This document shows, piece by piece, positions 38,369-39,167 of a stretch of 39,167 nucleotides of DNA (position 1 is the stretch's first letter; every line of letters starts with the position of its first letter). Made by a program: the position numbers and the translations under genes. This DNA comes from Promethearchaeia archaeon (GTDB lineage Archaea; Asgardarchaeota; Lokiarchaeia; Sigyniarchaeales; SOKP01), in the NCBI GenBank assembly GCA_029856155.1, contig JAHQWL010000049.1:1-39167 (forward strand), in the 5' to 3' direction. The notes below the pieces were generated by a model. The model did not search any database. It saw nothing but the letters and a program-made list of their open reading frames with translations, and was not told where the DNA came from.

Positions 38369-39088
38369 ATGCTTGGAAATAAGAGATATGATGGAAGAAA
38401 ATTTGATGAATTAAGGAAAATTACTATAAAGAGAAATTTCCTTAAATATCCTGAAGGTTCTGTTTTAATAACTCAGGGAAGTACAAAAGTAATTGTAACA
38501 GCCTCAGTTGTTGAGTCTGTTCCACGCTTTTTAGTCGATACGGGCACAGGATGGATTACCGCGGAATATTCGATGTTACCTAGAGCTACACAAGTTAGAA
38601 ACCAAAGGGAGCCTAATAGAGGCAGATCAGTTGAGATCCAACGATTAATTGGGAGATGCATACGAGCCGGTTTTAATTATGAAAAACTTGGTGAACGTAC
38701 TATAAAAATCGATTGCGATGTTATTCAAGCTGATGGAGGTACAAGATGTGCTTCAATTACGGGAGCGTTCATAGCAGTATTTGATGCTATTAATCATCTC
38801 TACAACCAACAACTTATCTATGACTTTCCAGATTATAAGGTAACAGCAGCAGTGTCTTTAGGTATAAAAAATAGCCAAATTCTATTAGATTTAGATTATA
38901 GTGAAGATTCAAAAGTAGATGTTGATTTCAATTTAATTATGAATGAAAATTCAGAAATTATTGAAATACAAGGGGCTGCTGAGGGTGCACCTTTTACTAA
39001 GAATAAATTAAGAGAAATTGTAGATTTAGGAGAAAAAGGCATTTTAGAATTGATTCAAATTCAAAAAAAGGTTTTAAATATAAAATAA
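38369..39088 (+). CDS. rph: ribonuclease PH (bacterial type)
   Basis: RYDGR, EGSVL, GWITAEYSMLPRAT, GRSVEIQRLIGR, IDCDVIQADGGTRCASITG, LDLDYSEDS, EIQGAAEG. Confidence 0.93.
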   Translation: MLGNKRYDGRKFDELRKITIKRNFLKYPEGSVLITQGSTKVIVTASVVESVPRFLVDTGTGWITAEYSMLPRATQVRNQREPNRGRSVEIQRLIGRCIRAGFNYEKLGERTIKIDCDVIQADGGTRCASITGAFIAVFDAINHLYNQQLIYDFPDYKVTAAVSLGIKNSQILLDLDYSEDSKVDVDFNLIMNENSEIIEIQGAAEGAPFTKNKLREIVDLGEKGILELIQIQKKVLNIK

Positions 39089-39125
39089 ACTCTTTTTTAA
39101 GCAAAGTTTTATAGTCAAAATGACG

Positions 39126-39167
39126 TCATAACTCCTTCTTTAAGGTTTTAAAATCTAAAGTATTAAT
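39126..39167 (-). CDS. possible 3' end of a gene entering from the right edge
   Basis: Longest minus-strand frame from the edge: ...INTLDFKTLKKEL-TGA; the other two stop within four codons. Confidence 0.3.
   Translation of the reverse strand: MNTLDFKTLKKEL

Noticed and set aside
39089-39167. TGA read-through (Sec) in the minus-strand edge frame
   Set aside because: Too little sequence, no redox motif or SECIS, and read-through would run into rph.

Overview
AT-rich (roughly 30% GC), gene-dense archaeal chromosomal segment with no rRNA, tRNA, CRISPR or mobile element visible. An Asgard archaeon, probably Lokiarchaeia, is inferred from archaeal-type RadA, TyrRS, PheRS, PPAT and DUF1512 together with a membrane-anchored longin-like protein, a Vps29-like protein, a long LRR protein and SCP2/acyl-CoA/AOR genes. 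Contents in order: a 5'-truncated single-pass surface protein, radA, a PGI-like gene, a GT-C/GT2/flippase glycosylation trio, a U32 protein, a histidine degradation pathway (hutU-hutH-hutI plus glutamate formiminotransferase), an LRR protein, acyl/aldehyde/alcohol metabolism genes, tyrS, ppdK, DUF1512, coaD, pheS-pheT-chorismate mutase and a bacterial-type RNase PH. The most striking unannotated signal is upstream of pheS: a 20-codon Phe-rich ORF (MNLIIFQDSFLFNFFNPPRE, 34349-34411) overlapping the 5' arm of a GC-rich hairpin followed by a T-tract, resembling a bacterial pheM/pheL ribosome-mediated attenuator. Other notable signals are two probable ATT start codons, a Zn-finger/acidic extension on RadA, and a GC3-rich patch inside ppdK. 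All assignments come from motif recognition by eye; no searches were run.
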